A stretch of 64,000 bases of DNA from Klebsormidium nitens (lineage: Eukaryota > Plantae > Klebsormidiophyceae): assembly GCA_000708835.1 (NCBI GenBank), contig DF237158.1, positions 62,001-126,000 of the forward strand. Reading direction: 5' to 3'. Numbering within the stretch: the first letter of the stretch is position 1; each line of letters starts with the position of its first letter. Below, piece after piece: positions 44,101-55,507 of the stretch. The position numbers and the translations under genes were made by a program. The notes under the pieces were generated by a model. That model saw nothing but the letters and a program-made list of their open reading frames with translations. It was not told the origin of the DNA and made no database searches.

Positions 44101-44671
44101 AGGCTGCAGCCGCTGCGCGACGCGCACTGTCGCGGGCGGTGCACCTGTTCAAGGGCGGCGGGCGGGGCAGCCCCTGGGCGCACTACCTGCTGGGCCAGGC
44201 GGAGCTGGCGGCCGGCGGCGGCAAAAAGGGCCGCGACAAGTGGGAGGCCGCCACGCTCACCGCCTGCCGCCAATGGCCTCACGGTAAGCTGCGAGCTTGA
44301 GTTAGAAAGTTGTGCAAGTCGTTCAGAGCATTTTGCGGTCTCAAGGAGGGTATCTTCTCCATGCTACAATGCCATTACGTCAAGTCCGACTGGATGTCAG
44401 TTCGTTCCAAGTGAAACGGCGCCAAACAAACGGCTCTGCTTCGACTGCTTGGATGCTCCTCACGTGAATGGCCTAACTGTGTGCAGAGGCCCCGCCGGCG
44501 GAGCTGCTGTTCCAGCTGGCGGAGCTGGCGGCCGCGTCGGAGCGCGTGGGCGGGGCCGGAGTGTGCCAGTACGCGGGCGCGGGGCCCCTGCTGGCCGCGG
44601 AGCAGTGGCGGCGCCGAGCGGTGCACGCGCACCCGGGCTTCAGCGCGTACTGGGCCAGCCTGCGGCACTGA
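35191..44671 (+). CDS. SKI3: Superkiller complex subunit SKI3/TTC37 (large TPR protein)
   Basis: The N-terminus LKSCLRAAREAISKREFKDAIREARAALKHDKRSYDALLYIGKAAFSLEEYAQADVAYRKAIEVNAAGLPAWQGL matches Ski3. Many TPR exons follow (AWAYAQLG; RCFQKAVQLDPDD; AYWAWRRVGFL; PAWEALALAYQRLGKFTAALKAYG; QHALIRALHINPKLSAAWINLG; AAVHNLLGLACEARG). The last exon ends SAYWASLRH* at 44671. A few internal junctions (36650-36950) are unresolved. Confidence 0.85.
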
Positions 44672-47261
44672 CGCGGGAGCCGCTATGGTGGACCAACTGG
44701 GGGCTGCGGTGGGCGCCAAAGTAAGGCAAACCTCTGACCTCTTGTAAACCCTGGTCAAGCGAAATGTAAATCGACTAGCCTCAATTCGATGTGCCAGTGT
44801 TCTTCCGGTGGTAGGCCTCGGCAGGTCCTTATCGTCCAAGTCCTTAATGCGTAGTCCATGATCCGCTTAAAGACGCAGTCCGGCTAGCTTAAGTTGTGTT
44901 GTGGAACCTTTGCGATCGAAAGGGTCCATTCCATAGGTTTATCACGCCTGCTCTTAGGGGCACTTCAGTAGGTTCCGCTGTTCGCCGGCTGGTCCTGACT
45001 AAGGCCAATCTGCTGCTGCTTCAACTCCTGCTCGTCAGCAATGACCTGCTTTTGGGTCCACAGGCTTTTTTCCGTCTCTCGCCTTTCACAGATTTTGACT
45101 TCCGTTTGATGACCCGTTTTCGTCGACCTTTCTGCAGTTTCTGATGGCCGAGCTCTTTGGAGCACGGACAGAGCAGCTTTGTGTTGGAAGGGAGGGTGGG
45201 AACTTACGAGATGAGGGGGGGAAGTCTGCACCTTTGGGGCGGGGAGAACGCAGGCCGTCGATTTTGGATACTTGTTCGAGCGAGATGCTCGAGGAGGTAC
45301 AACGCGCGAAGCGGAAACCCTTAGAGGCGCACAAGATTTCTTAGTTGACCACGGAAACGAGGGCGTCAACATTCAAAGCGATGGCGGCCTTATAATCGCG
45401 TTTGCGGGGTTTGAAAATGTGTCCGAAACGGACACGGCTGATGCGTAAGGGAGAGTCTGCATTTAGTGCGCGAAGGCGTGCCACATGGCAGCTTTGGAGC
45501 CGCCTTGAACCTCAAATGCTTCCTCGTGCCCATAAACGAGGACCGCTCTCTCGAAAATTTGCCAAATGCAACGCACGCGTGCCGACGATAGAGCCGATAA
45601 GTCCGCCTTTGTGATCTTGTTGTGGGATTGCGAGCATAGCTTAGCACGATGGCCGAGCAGGGACTCATTAACCGAGGGTTCGACGGTCCGGTCAGATAGA
45701 ACGCAGGTGGATGCTCAGACATGGACACAACAGTTCCAGACGGTCCCGTCGAAGAAGCATCAGAGAGGAGAAAAAAGGTCTAGTAAGTCAAAACAGAGCC
45801 GCAAGTTAAGATAGCGGAGACAGCAGAGACAGCCACGCACAAGAAAGCGACGGAAGGAAGAAAGTCGAATAGTGCTTGTTTGAAAGACTTCAGTTTGATG
45901 AATCAACGGGGTGCTTTTGCTGAGTCAGCTCTTCTTGATCAAGGTTTGTCTGTCGAGCAGGCAGCAGATTGTTAATTTCTTCCAACGAGGTTTGTGCATT
46001 TCGAACCAATGTGACGGTTCGATCAGATGCGTCACTCAAGCTGTCGAAGGATACAAATATACACCCTTAATTCCTTATCATGCTATGCATCCGTATCAAT
46101 GCATGTAGAAATGAACTTGAAAGTGTGAGTATGAGTCGAGTTCGCCATTGAAGGCTTGTCGATCGCTATTTCGATCCGGACGATTGAAAGTTGCATAAGC
46201 TGATGATGCATGCCGATGTCTGTCACTCAGACTGCAGACGCGATAAGTATGCATGCCGTACGTGAAAGGTCAAGTCCGGTCTGTCGCCTATTTCGCTATA
46301 TAAGGCAATCGAAACATCGGAAAATGATGCAAATGTGAACGGGATGAACTTGTAGCCAGTGTTCCTTGTCACGGAAGGTTACTCGGGTCAACTGGCAAGG
46401 TACCAAACTGTTTGAAAACAATTAGCTTCCGCATTGAAATTTCCTCACCATGCTTTCAGACGCTAACTACATTTAAAGCAACGCGACTGCTAACCCTCTC
46501 CATGCTCGTCGACCTTACCGTAGACTGTACCTAGCTCAAAAAGCTCTTGATAGTTGATTGCGTCCCGAGGAACGCGACTAATGATCGAGCCCCTTCCTGC
46601 AACCCACCGGTAAATGGTGGTCGCCAAACCCTCTTGAATAGAGGGATACTATTCTAACATATGCTCGTATACTGGCTTTTAAAGTCTGCGTGAAGCATTT
46701 CCTCTCGGTACGCTCTGGCCCCACAGCTATTACCAAGAAAATATACCTCTTACCTCTGAGGTTCCAAATTTCTTAATGTCGTCGACTCCTCAGTCACGCC
46801 TCTGAAAGCGACACAGCAAAAGCTCTCGTTGAGAACGAGCAGTCTTCTGTAAGGTACTACGTACTTCGTTCAATTTACCGACGGGTTGATAACTTCTCTA
46901 GACGCTATACTCCGGTATTGTCTTATGTTTTATCAAAGTTTCCTCTACGAGTGATATGAAGGCAAATGAAATCACAGTACCAGTCAATCACCACTGGGCG
47001 TGCCTTGGGGAACGGCTCGCTTGGAGGATTGAACTACCCCATGAAATCTGCAAGCACGTCGATGCGTCCGGCGTCAAGGCTATTCGTGTCAACGAGCAGA
47101 ATGAACGAATCGACCTTTCTCTCATCCGACAGTGTTTTGAGAAAGCTATGCCGAATTCAAGACAAAGGCTTGGAAGACATTGTCCCGAGATGCATTTGGA
47201 AACGTTGCTCAATATCAGCATATGCGCAAGCACAGAGAGGGACATAGAAAACCTGTTGGAC

Positions 47262-50200
47262 TCAAAGCTGCACCGAAGGCAGAAGGCAGAGTGGTTGCGA
47301 GAGCTTACGGCATGCGTTGTTGAACCATGCGCACGGCTTATTGCCATTCGTGCAGGCATTCTCATTGGGACAGTTGCAAGCGTTGCCACACCCCCCCTTG
47401 GGGTTGGTCGGCACGGGAGTGGGCGTGGCAACTGCGGGGGGAGACGACTTCGCAAGAGGAGGCGGGCTGGCAATCTGAACAGGGGGCGGGCTGGCAATCT
47501 GAACCGGGGGCGGGCTCGCAATCTGAACCGGGGGCGGGCTAGAAATCTGAACCGGGGGCGGGCTAGCATTTTGAACAGGGGGCGGGCTAGCAACCTCAAC
47601 AGGGGGCGGGCTAGCGATCTCGGCAGTCGGCGGGCTAGGGATGGCCACAGGCGGCGGGTTGGCGTTCTCCACAGGTGGCGGGTTAGCGTTAACCACCGGC
47701 GGAGGTTGGCTGTCCGCAGCAGCGGGAGGGGGGTTCACTGAAGCAGGTGGCGGGTTCGCTGCGATGGGGGGGGGGTTAGCGGCAGGGGGAGGGAGGGCAG
47801 AGGACGAGGGCGTGAGAGTCATGCCCAGGATGACCGGGTCGTGGTCGGAGCAGCGGTACATCGAGGTGGGGCTGGCCAGGCCGGTGGGGCTCTGCAGGAA
47901 AAGAGGGTTCGAATTGGAGCCCGAAATATAGATATGAGGAGAACCGAGTTCGTACCACCAGGCACAAGCAGAAGCAATTTCGTCGTTCAGTAATCCTATC
48001 TGATAGTCTGCTAGCGGACTAACATTCAAATTCAACGCCTGCTCAAGGATCTACAGCATCAAAGAGAATTGCATGCGTCTTCAAAGTCGGCGTCTTCAAA
48101 ACCGGCATTGATTGCACAGATTGAAGCACGCAATTTCTCATGGTCATGTCCCTTGTCGGCCATTCCCGCTGGCAGAAAAAAAGTTGCCAAGTACGAAGGC
48201 TGCGAAAAAAACACTTCAAGCGAGACGTTCAAAATCTCACGGCCTCCTTTGCTACTCAGGGAAGGGTAAAGAAAGCTCTAATCGCTAACGCCTTTATCGC
48301 TCACGTCGTAGTGCAGCACGATCGGCTCATCCGCGTTGATGTGGAACTCGGCGACGTCCTGGACCTGCGGCGCGAGAGCGGACGACGCGAGCGCGTGGTC
48401 GAGGTAGCCGCTCTCGCCACCGAAGACGTACGAGTAGGCCAATGGGCCGATCTTGGCGGCGATCATGTTCACGAAACCGCCCGCCTCGAAGGTCTTGATG
48501 GGGTCCTCCTTGGCGTACGCGTTCATGTCTCCCAGCAGCAGGAAGTCTGGGTCGTTACTGCCCGTGGGATCGCTGGCGAGCCACCTCACGATGGCGGCGG
48601 CGGCTCTCTGGCGCGTCAGGTTGCAGTTGCCCTGCACATGCAAAACCGTTGCAAAAGTGAGAGACATATACCCGTAGTCTGAGTACGAATATACCTTTCC
48701 CATCCACATATTTGACTTTGTAACCTGTTGGCCAGAGCGACCCTACGCGAGAAGCTCGTCAGCCTTTTGATGCTGAGTAGCGAGCTCCTATCAACCCCAC
48801 CGTAACTCCACGGAAAGACAAAGGGAACCATCAGATTCACCGGCTCTACAGCTCTTGAAAGAGCACAGGAGCTGCCTCTCGACTTCCAGGTATTTTGCGA
48901 CAACACTGAATTAGAATCCTTATTGATGCCGAAAGATCGGACGCCTTCATTTCGGACACCTCGACTGTTTTACCCGGAGCACGCGTCAGGCAGTGCGTTA
49001 CCTGTCCGTCCTTTTGGTCCGCGTCGCCGGAGCACGCGCTGCCCTTAGATTTGAGATGATTCGCAACCACGGTGATCTTGCCCCCCTGGTTGTCCGCAAA
49101 CGTCTGGGCCACGGACGGCCGCGTGTTGTCGGACGGGAAGGTCGGGTCCACGTTCTTGGTGATGGCACGTGCCGCTCCCACGGGAGTCACGGCGGAAACG
49201 CGGTACATCATACCCACCGTGATCGCATCGCCGCCGACGCACTGCCTGGCGCACTGCAGACGTAGAAAAGAGGTTATATTCAAGGGAGGGCTGTCTCTGC
49301 AAAATGATTGGCATCTGACCAAAGGTGAAAGACACCTGCCGGTGTCAGTAGTACGCAGTCAACGTCTGCCAAGTCGTGTCACTTGGCGGGCAATTTGACC
49401 GCAATAGTTTGAAAGAATCTATTTATTAGGCGTCGAATCCCGTATGTGATGAGTTGATGGTTTGCTGCTGCTTGAAGGAAGCGCCGAAGTGATTTTAAAC
49501 GGCAAGGTTTGAACATAAAACTACAATTCCCACGGTGGCATTTCTTAGAGGCGTGTAATCAGTCCAAAACCTTTCGCAGCATGTAAATAAAATGGCAGAG
49601 CTCACGTTGGGATCCGTGCTGATGATCGAGGGGCTGCCCCCGTCCGGCTGGTTAACCCTGATGAAGGCATACGTTCCAGCCCCCACCGCGTTGTTGACCG
49701 CATTGGTCAGAGTGGCGATAGCACTGCTCGGGCCGAAGCCGTTGTTCTGGAGCTCTTGGAACGCGTAGATGTCCCCGTTCAATGCGGTGATGGCCAACAC
49801 TTCTTTGGCGAGTTGCGTGTCGAATTGCTGTAAAGAGGACAACAGCAACTCGTTTCAGCTGCAGTTTGTGTGCTTCCTTCAGGGAGCTGAGATGGCGAGT
49901 GATGGTGGACATCAAAGTCAGTCGACGGAAAGCACAGGTACGGAGTCGACATTCGATTTTGGTAACAAATGAATTCTGGCACAAATGAGATCTGCTGACT
50001 TTGTGAGACGTCGATTCAGCTTTTCAGATTGTTCACAAACAAACTTTTGCTTTTGAGTATTGAGAAGCTCTGCTCGATCATGAAAACTCAGCTGGTATCT
50101 GAGAGGACTCAAGCTCTTCAATCTGCGAACGGATGAGTTAGCGAGGTTGCAGAAGGAACGGCTTCAAAAAGGATGCCAGACGTTGAGCATATGATGTAAG

Positions 50201-53200
50201 CCACATTACCTGCTGCGTCTTGGCACCGCGGCAGTCGGAGGAGCTGCACCCGTTGGCCTGCAGCTGCGTGAAGAAGTTCTCCAGGTTCATGCCCACCACT
50301 TTGAGGCTGCCCGCGACGGCAGGCCCGGCGGTCGGGCGCGGGTTGGTGCTGGGATCAAAGGTGAGCGCCGCAGAGGACGGGTTGCCAATCGGCTCCACCA
50401 AGTACCCGAAAGAGCTGCCGTAGGACAGGTCGCCATTCAGGGGGCCGGCCAGGGTGTAGCCAACACGGATAGTGTTGCTGTCCGACAGGCCGGGGTACGG
50501 GTACGGGGGCTTCAGCGGCGGGCTGGACCGCGAAGTCAAGCTCGACCCGTCGTCCACGAGAATGGCCTGCGCGTCGTTTGAGGCCGCAACGGCGTTGGCG
50601 GGAGCACCTGCAGGGAATGCCCAAGCACAGTTTATATTCGTTCTGGTCGCCCCCGTGACAGAAGAAATTGGATGCTTTTCGGGAGGTCGTCAACAGCAGC
50701 AACTCCAACCGAAAGAAAAAAAGAGATGCATCCGTGATGCATTCGTTCATTCTGTAACCCCACAATCAAGCCTATGAAAGAATCTCAAGTTCCTCGAAAC
50801 ACTGATGCGAGATGCGGCTCACAAAGAGGTCTGGTTGAACGAGCTGACCCGACCAGAGTGCATGGTAAGGAACGGCGTGACCAATCGACAACTTCGCAGG
50901 TCCAAGTACAAGACTGCAACTCGGAAAATCTGTTCAAAGAGTCACTCACCGGGATCGGCCACCTGCGTGGGCACATAGCGCCTGCCATTCACGGACAGTT
51001 CGATCTCCCCGTAGAAGTCGTCGTTGTAGTTATCCGTCACAGTGAGCGTCTGCAAAGCACGAGATCCTGTCAGGGCCGTTTATGAACGGATACTGTCTTC
51101 CTTTCCAGCACCTTGACAAGAGCAGTGCACGGGCACCGGACTCTTGCCTTGCCCAAAATCTGGTCAGAAATTGATACGGGATGCTGCCAACGAAGACCCT
51201 TCTCATTCGTTGCTCTGTCTAAGCGTCCGTCAGCTGCTGACGAGCTTAAGCGCTGTATCTCCAAATTAGATCCCTTGGTTCAGAATCATTCAGAATCATT
51301 CCCGATCTTAGGTTGTTGTTCGAGTTCTCGGCTGTTACTTTCACAGACAGAGACGTACTTAGAGGAAGTCCAAGAGATGAAAGGATTGATGCTTATGTCC
51401 AACTGCATCCAAACTCCCAACCTTTCCTCAACCGCTCACTCTTACTTAGTACCCCTAGCAAACAAAGATAAAAGACGAGACTCAGAAGATGCAACCTGCG
51501 AGAAAGAGCGGCAGCGCGACACGGGCGGCACATACCTGGGGGAAGTTGACCTGCATGCTCAGGTACTGGCGGAGGTCTGTCGGCAGCGTGACTGGCGAGA
51601 TGGTCGGGGGAGGATTCCCCGAGCTGCAGATGGTGAGTGCGGTCACGGCGTTCATCTCGGGCAGGCCGTTGTAGTTCACGATCGTGCCGGACACCTGGAT
51701 GTAGTCCCCGGGGGCAGTGGCCGGGAAGGTGGCACGGCTCGTGCCGACGAAGTAGACGAAGAGGCCGTTGGACGTGCCCGCGGTGATAGGGTCGGCTTGG
51801 GCCTGCAAGCACAAGAAACAGACACATTAAGTCAGGCATGCGGATTCGTTTTCCTTGCGGACAAAAGCGCCGACAAATACGAGCAGCCGGTTCTTGTTAA
51901 AGGTGAGTTCAAAGGACTGCTCTGAGCCTGCCAGAACCGCTTCAGAACGAAGCGGCAGCCGAAGGACGACCATATGACTGCCGGTGCAGCTCCAAAAACG
52001 GTCTTCAAAAGACCATTCAAACCAAGGGACGGCGAAAGAGTATCCAGCAGATTTGACAACTGAATACTTGTCTCGTAGCGGTCCATCTGAATTTAACGCC
52101 CTCTTTATTGAGAGGGATCTTTCAATATGCGTAACCAATCCCTACCAGACCCCATCCAAAGCGGCGAGTAATGTCCAACTACCCAAACACAAGAGTATTT
52201 CTTTGAACGGCACTCACGTCGGGCGTCTGAATGAAGATCCCGTTGAGGCGGTTAGCTTCGTCGAACTCCCCGGTGACAATCCCCGAGGTAACCACCTGCT
52301 TGTCAGCGATGGCCTGGGCCTGACCGTTCCCGTTGATGGCATAGATGGGCGTCTCTCCGGCAGAGCCGCAAGTGCCCGTGGCTCCTCCAGCCGGGGGAGG
52401 GCTGGAGACGGTCGTGTCAACAGGGGGAGGGTTGCTCGTGCTAAGGGCCGGGGGGGGGCTGGACACCGTGGAACCAACAGGAGTGGGGGGGGACGTGTTA
52501 CCTCCTGTTGGGGCAGTTCCGCGATAGCCTGCAAACAAGAGAGTAACTGATGAGTATTTTTTCTCTTGACTACTCACTTAGCCACTCAATGAAGGCCCCA
52601 CCACCACGTTATCAATCATGAACAGAAACTGTGCTTGAGGCAATTAAAGTGAGGGGTCGAAACGAGAATGACGAGAATCAGTGCACCCAATAGGATTCTT
52701 CTCGCACATGCTTTTGTGACCAACATGTAACCCGCAGATTGCTCCTGTTAAATGGGCATTGCATGGAACACCAAAACTCAGACTACACACATCAAGAAGA
52801 TGAACGGTGGTATCACCTGTTGATGTAAGGAGGCCATCCACCACAAGCTGGCTCGGGAGGTTCCCTGCGCCAATGATCCGCGGGCCTTCAGAGGAGGGGA
52901 CGGCCTGGCCTGCGTACGCTGGGCCAAACGAGTTGGCGGCAGGGCTGGACCACGTGGTGGAGCCCGTGCGCTGGACGGAATATCCCACGGGGGTGCTGCT
53001 CGTCTCGCGTGGGCTCACGGGCGTGCTGCCATGGACAAACGCAGAGAAACATTGCTAGGTGCAAAGTAGACATCATCCCTCAGAAATGAGTTCAGCGAAC
53101 CTTGTTACGAAACTACAGAAACCAGGAAAAACCCATACGAATGTGAAAACGACGAGCAAGTGTAGGATCACCAAGTCCTGGATCAAATTGTGGGGCCGTC

Positions 53201-55507
53201 TGTTGGAGCGACGGGGGAACAAAAACGAGCTGCAATGTCGCTTCTAATTGAAAAGATACGCGGTGTTGCCGACCAAAAGGATACCGAATGCGAAGCAGAA
53301 GTTGATCGAAGAGCCACTCACGATGTTTCGCCAGAGGCAGGGCCGGTGTTGGCGGATGCGGTCACGGTGAAGGTGTTTGACGTGCTCGACCACGAGATGA
53401 AGTCCAGCAGCTGACTCGCGGGGTCGGAGAGGGCCATCCCCGCCCCGCTGTTGGTCAGCCCGTCCACGGGGAAGACGACGACGATGGTGCCGGACTGCAA
53501 GATCGAGTCGAAAACAGATGTCAATTTGCTGAGACCAGATGTCGAGGAGGATACAAAAAATTGTCTCGAAGGTCTGGCACTCGGCTCTAAGAACAAAGAC
53601 CAGAATCTCGAAAGTACTTGAGTACAAGAAAGGCATTCACAACAGCTGACCCAGCCCGGGCATCTCACCGTGGTTGAGCCGGACGACCCATCTCCTCGCA
53701 GGATGGAGCCAGCCGGGAAAGTGAGGGTCGGCCCGCTGGGGAGGGGGCACACACTGGTGCTGCACAGCCCTCCCGCCCCCGCGTAGCGCGTCAGCTTGTA
53801 GCCAGTCACGTCAGTGCCTACAGGTCCGAAGATCTCAACCGCCTCGGCTGCAACAAAGAAACAAGCACGGTGAGTGCATGCACGATAAACTATGCTGACT
53901 GCCAACCAAGCCAAGCTGCTGGCTTCTACGCAAGAAAAAGCCCATGCAACGCTCCCGAGTCTCAGGCGTGCATCATTCCAGCGACTTTGATTTGGCAACG
54001 AGGGTTTCATTTGTCAAATCGTGGCCTCAAAACAGTGCCTTCCACAATCTCTCAACCCTCTTACACAGGTAACGGTACTCAGGACAATAGTTACAAGTGG
54101 GACACACAAGCAAGTTCCTGCCCTCCTCAACTCCATGCTGATGGCCCTAAGTCAAGCGGTGGGGCTGCAAAAATGGTCCTACACAGGCACTTCTCAGCCC
54201 TCCCAGAAAAGCAACGGACATCCATCGACTCTAGCTGTCAAGTGGATACCTCACCAACATCCGTGCCGTTATTATCCCAGTGAATCTCATCGAAAAAGAC
54301 AGCTGTCACTCCAGTCTGCGCAAGTGATCGGCGCTCTGGGAAAATTCTGTCGAGACAAGGACAGCAGGTGAGTTAGGCGGCCTTTTAGAGTGCAAGTCAG
54401 GCCTTGGATATCGCTGTCCTGAAGACATGTATGATTGACATTCCTGATTACTTGCTCAGGCATGAGTTGATGATCACCAAGGTTTTTCCCGGATCCCTTA
54501 CTAGTTGAGCGCTTTTGGGGAGCTGCATGGGAAAGCTGGTGCATGAAAGTCCTGACCCCGTTCTCATTGCAGTGCTTGGAGCTCAGAAGGAAGAGCCTTC
54601 CTTGGGAGCAGCCTGAGGAATACTCCCATCAACAAAGTAACAACTCCTCTATCATAGTTCCTTACAGGAAAGGAACTACAAGCAAAAATAGATGAACTCT
54701 TTGGACTGATATACTGAAAGGCTGATAATCGCTGATAAGTTGCAGAAGTGTGATAAACCACTCGTCTCTCAGAATGGTGATGAGCTCACAGCCTGCAACA
54801 GCAGCGACTTGCTACAAGCGAAGAATCCTATGTCTCTTAGAGGCATAGCGGGCAGCACACCAAATTGCTTGACAAGAGCCTGTTGTAGAGAATCTCAGCT
54901 TTTGAGCCTTTTACAAAGTTTCATAAAATTCTAGTATGATATAAGTTTTTGGCAACCAGGTAGTTTTGTTGCAAGTGTGAGATAGTGCACCCAGATTACC
55001 ACGAGTTGACTCTTTTGGCCAAACAGTACATGGAAGCACAAGTTGACTTTTATGGCCAAAAAGTAGCCAACTTACTCTTTGGTCAAACGATTCGTAAGCA
55101 CAGCAACGATCACCCTGACAGCCAATTTGATCTCCCTGACTCTAAACATTCTTCGAGTGCCTTTGTTCAGCTTTTAGCTGCTGTGATAGTGTCAACTCGT
55201 TTAGGCCAGCACTCTATCCTTGAACATGGCTACACTAATCAAAGCACAGCTTGTTCTACGGTGAAGTCACTGGAGTCGTAAGACCACAACACTTACAAGT
55301 GACAACAATCTGACCCCAATGTGGGGCATCTGTCCTTTTGCAGCCAATCTAGAGTAAACAAAGGGGTCAATTGAAGGAACCAGTCTGCGTCCAACGTTGA
55401 AGAAATCAAGTTGAGGCGTCTTACCTTGCATCAGCGCCGGGAAAAAGCGCAACAGCCAACAGCGCCATCAGCATGACGAGGGCAGGGAGCCGCCCAGGCG
55501 CCGCCAT
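47262..55507 (-). CDS. Secreted ExeM/NucH-family extracellular endonuclease (signal peptide, lamin-tail-like domain, Pro linker, OB-fold, EEP nuclease domain, Ser-Pro3 stalk, Cys-rich tail)
   Basis: About 14 phase-compatible GT-AG exons. Signal peptide MAAPGRLPALVMLMALLAVALFPGADAR; VFFDEIHWDNNGTDVAEAVEIFGP; TPIYAINGNG...VVTSGIVTG...GIFIQTPD...TSNGLFVY...GDYIQVSGTIVNYNGLPE; LTVTDNY...YGEIELS; ILVDDGS; LKVVGMNLENFF; FQELQNNG; VVANHLKSKGS; GNCNLTRQRAA; LLLGDMNAYAKEDPI; YSYVFGGESGYLDHAL; INADEP; YRCSDHDPVILG. Confidence 0.9.
47461..47700 (-). repeat. Coding tandem repeat, 24-nt unit x10 (SPPPVQIA / NPPPVxxA), extensin-like
   Basis: Unit ggcgggctggcaatctgaaccggg on the + strand, counted in register from 47461 to 47700. 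Copies at 47461-47556 are nearly identical; later ones diverge. Confidence 0.9.

Noticed and set aside
37400-44700. Numerous long overlapping and antisense ORFs across SKI3, PEX6, PARN and CstF-77 exons
   Set aside because: Stop-codon scarcity in GC-rich coding DNA explains them. Translations are Arg/Pro/Ala-rich with no domain signal.
45720-45975. Short plus-strand frames (MDTTVPDGPVEEASERRKK; AETAETATHKKATEGRKSNSACLKDFSLMNQRG...)
   Set aside because: Joining them needs an implausibly short intron, and there is no recognisable homology.
46956-47741. 261-aa plus-strand ORF with AGNLNRGR repeats
   Set aside because: It is the antisense shadow of the SPPPVQIA coding repeat of the nuclease. 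There is no independent evidence for it.
47262-55507. Bacterial contamination as the source of the ExeM-like gene
   Set aside because: The gene has many phase-compatible GT-AG introns, codon/GC style like its neighbours, and is contiguous with eukaryotic genes.
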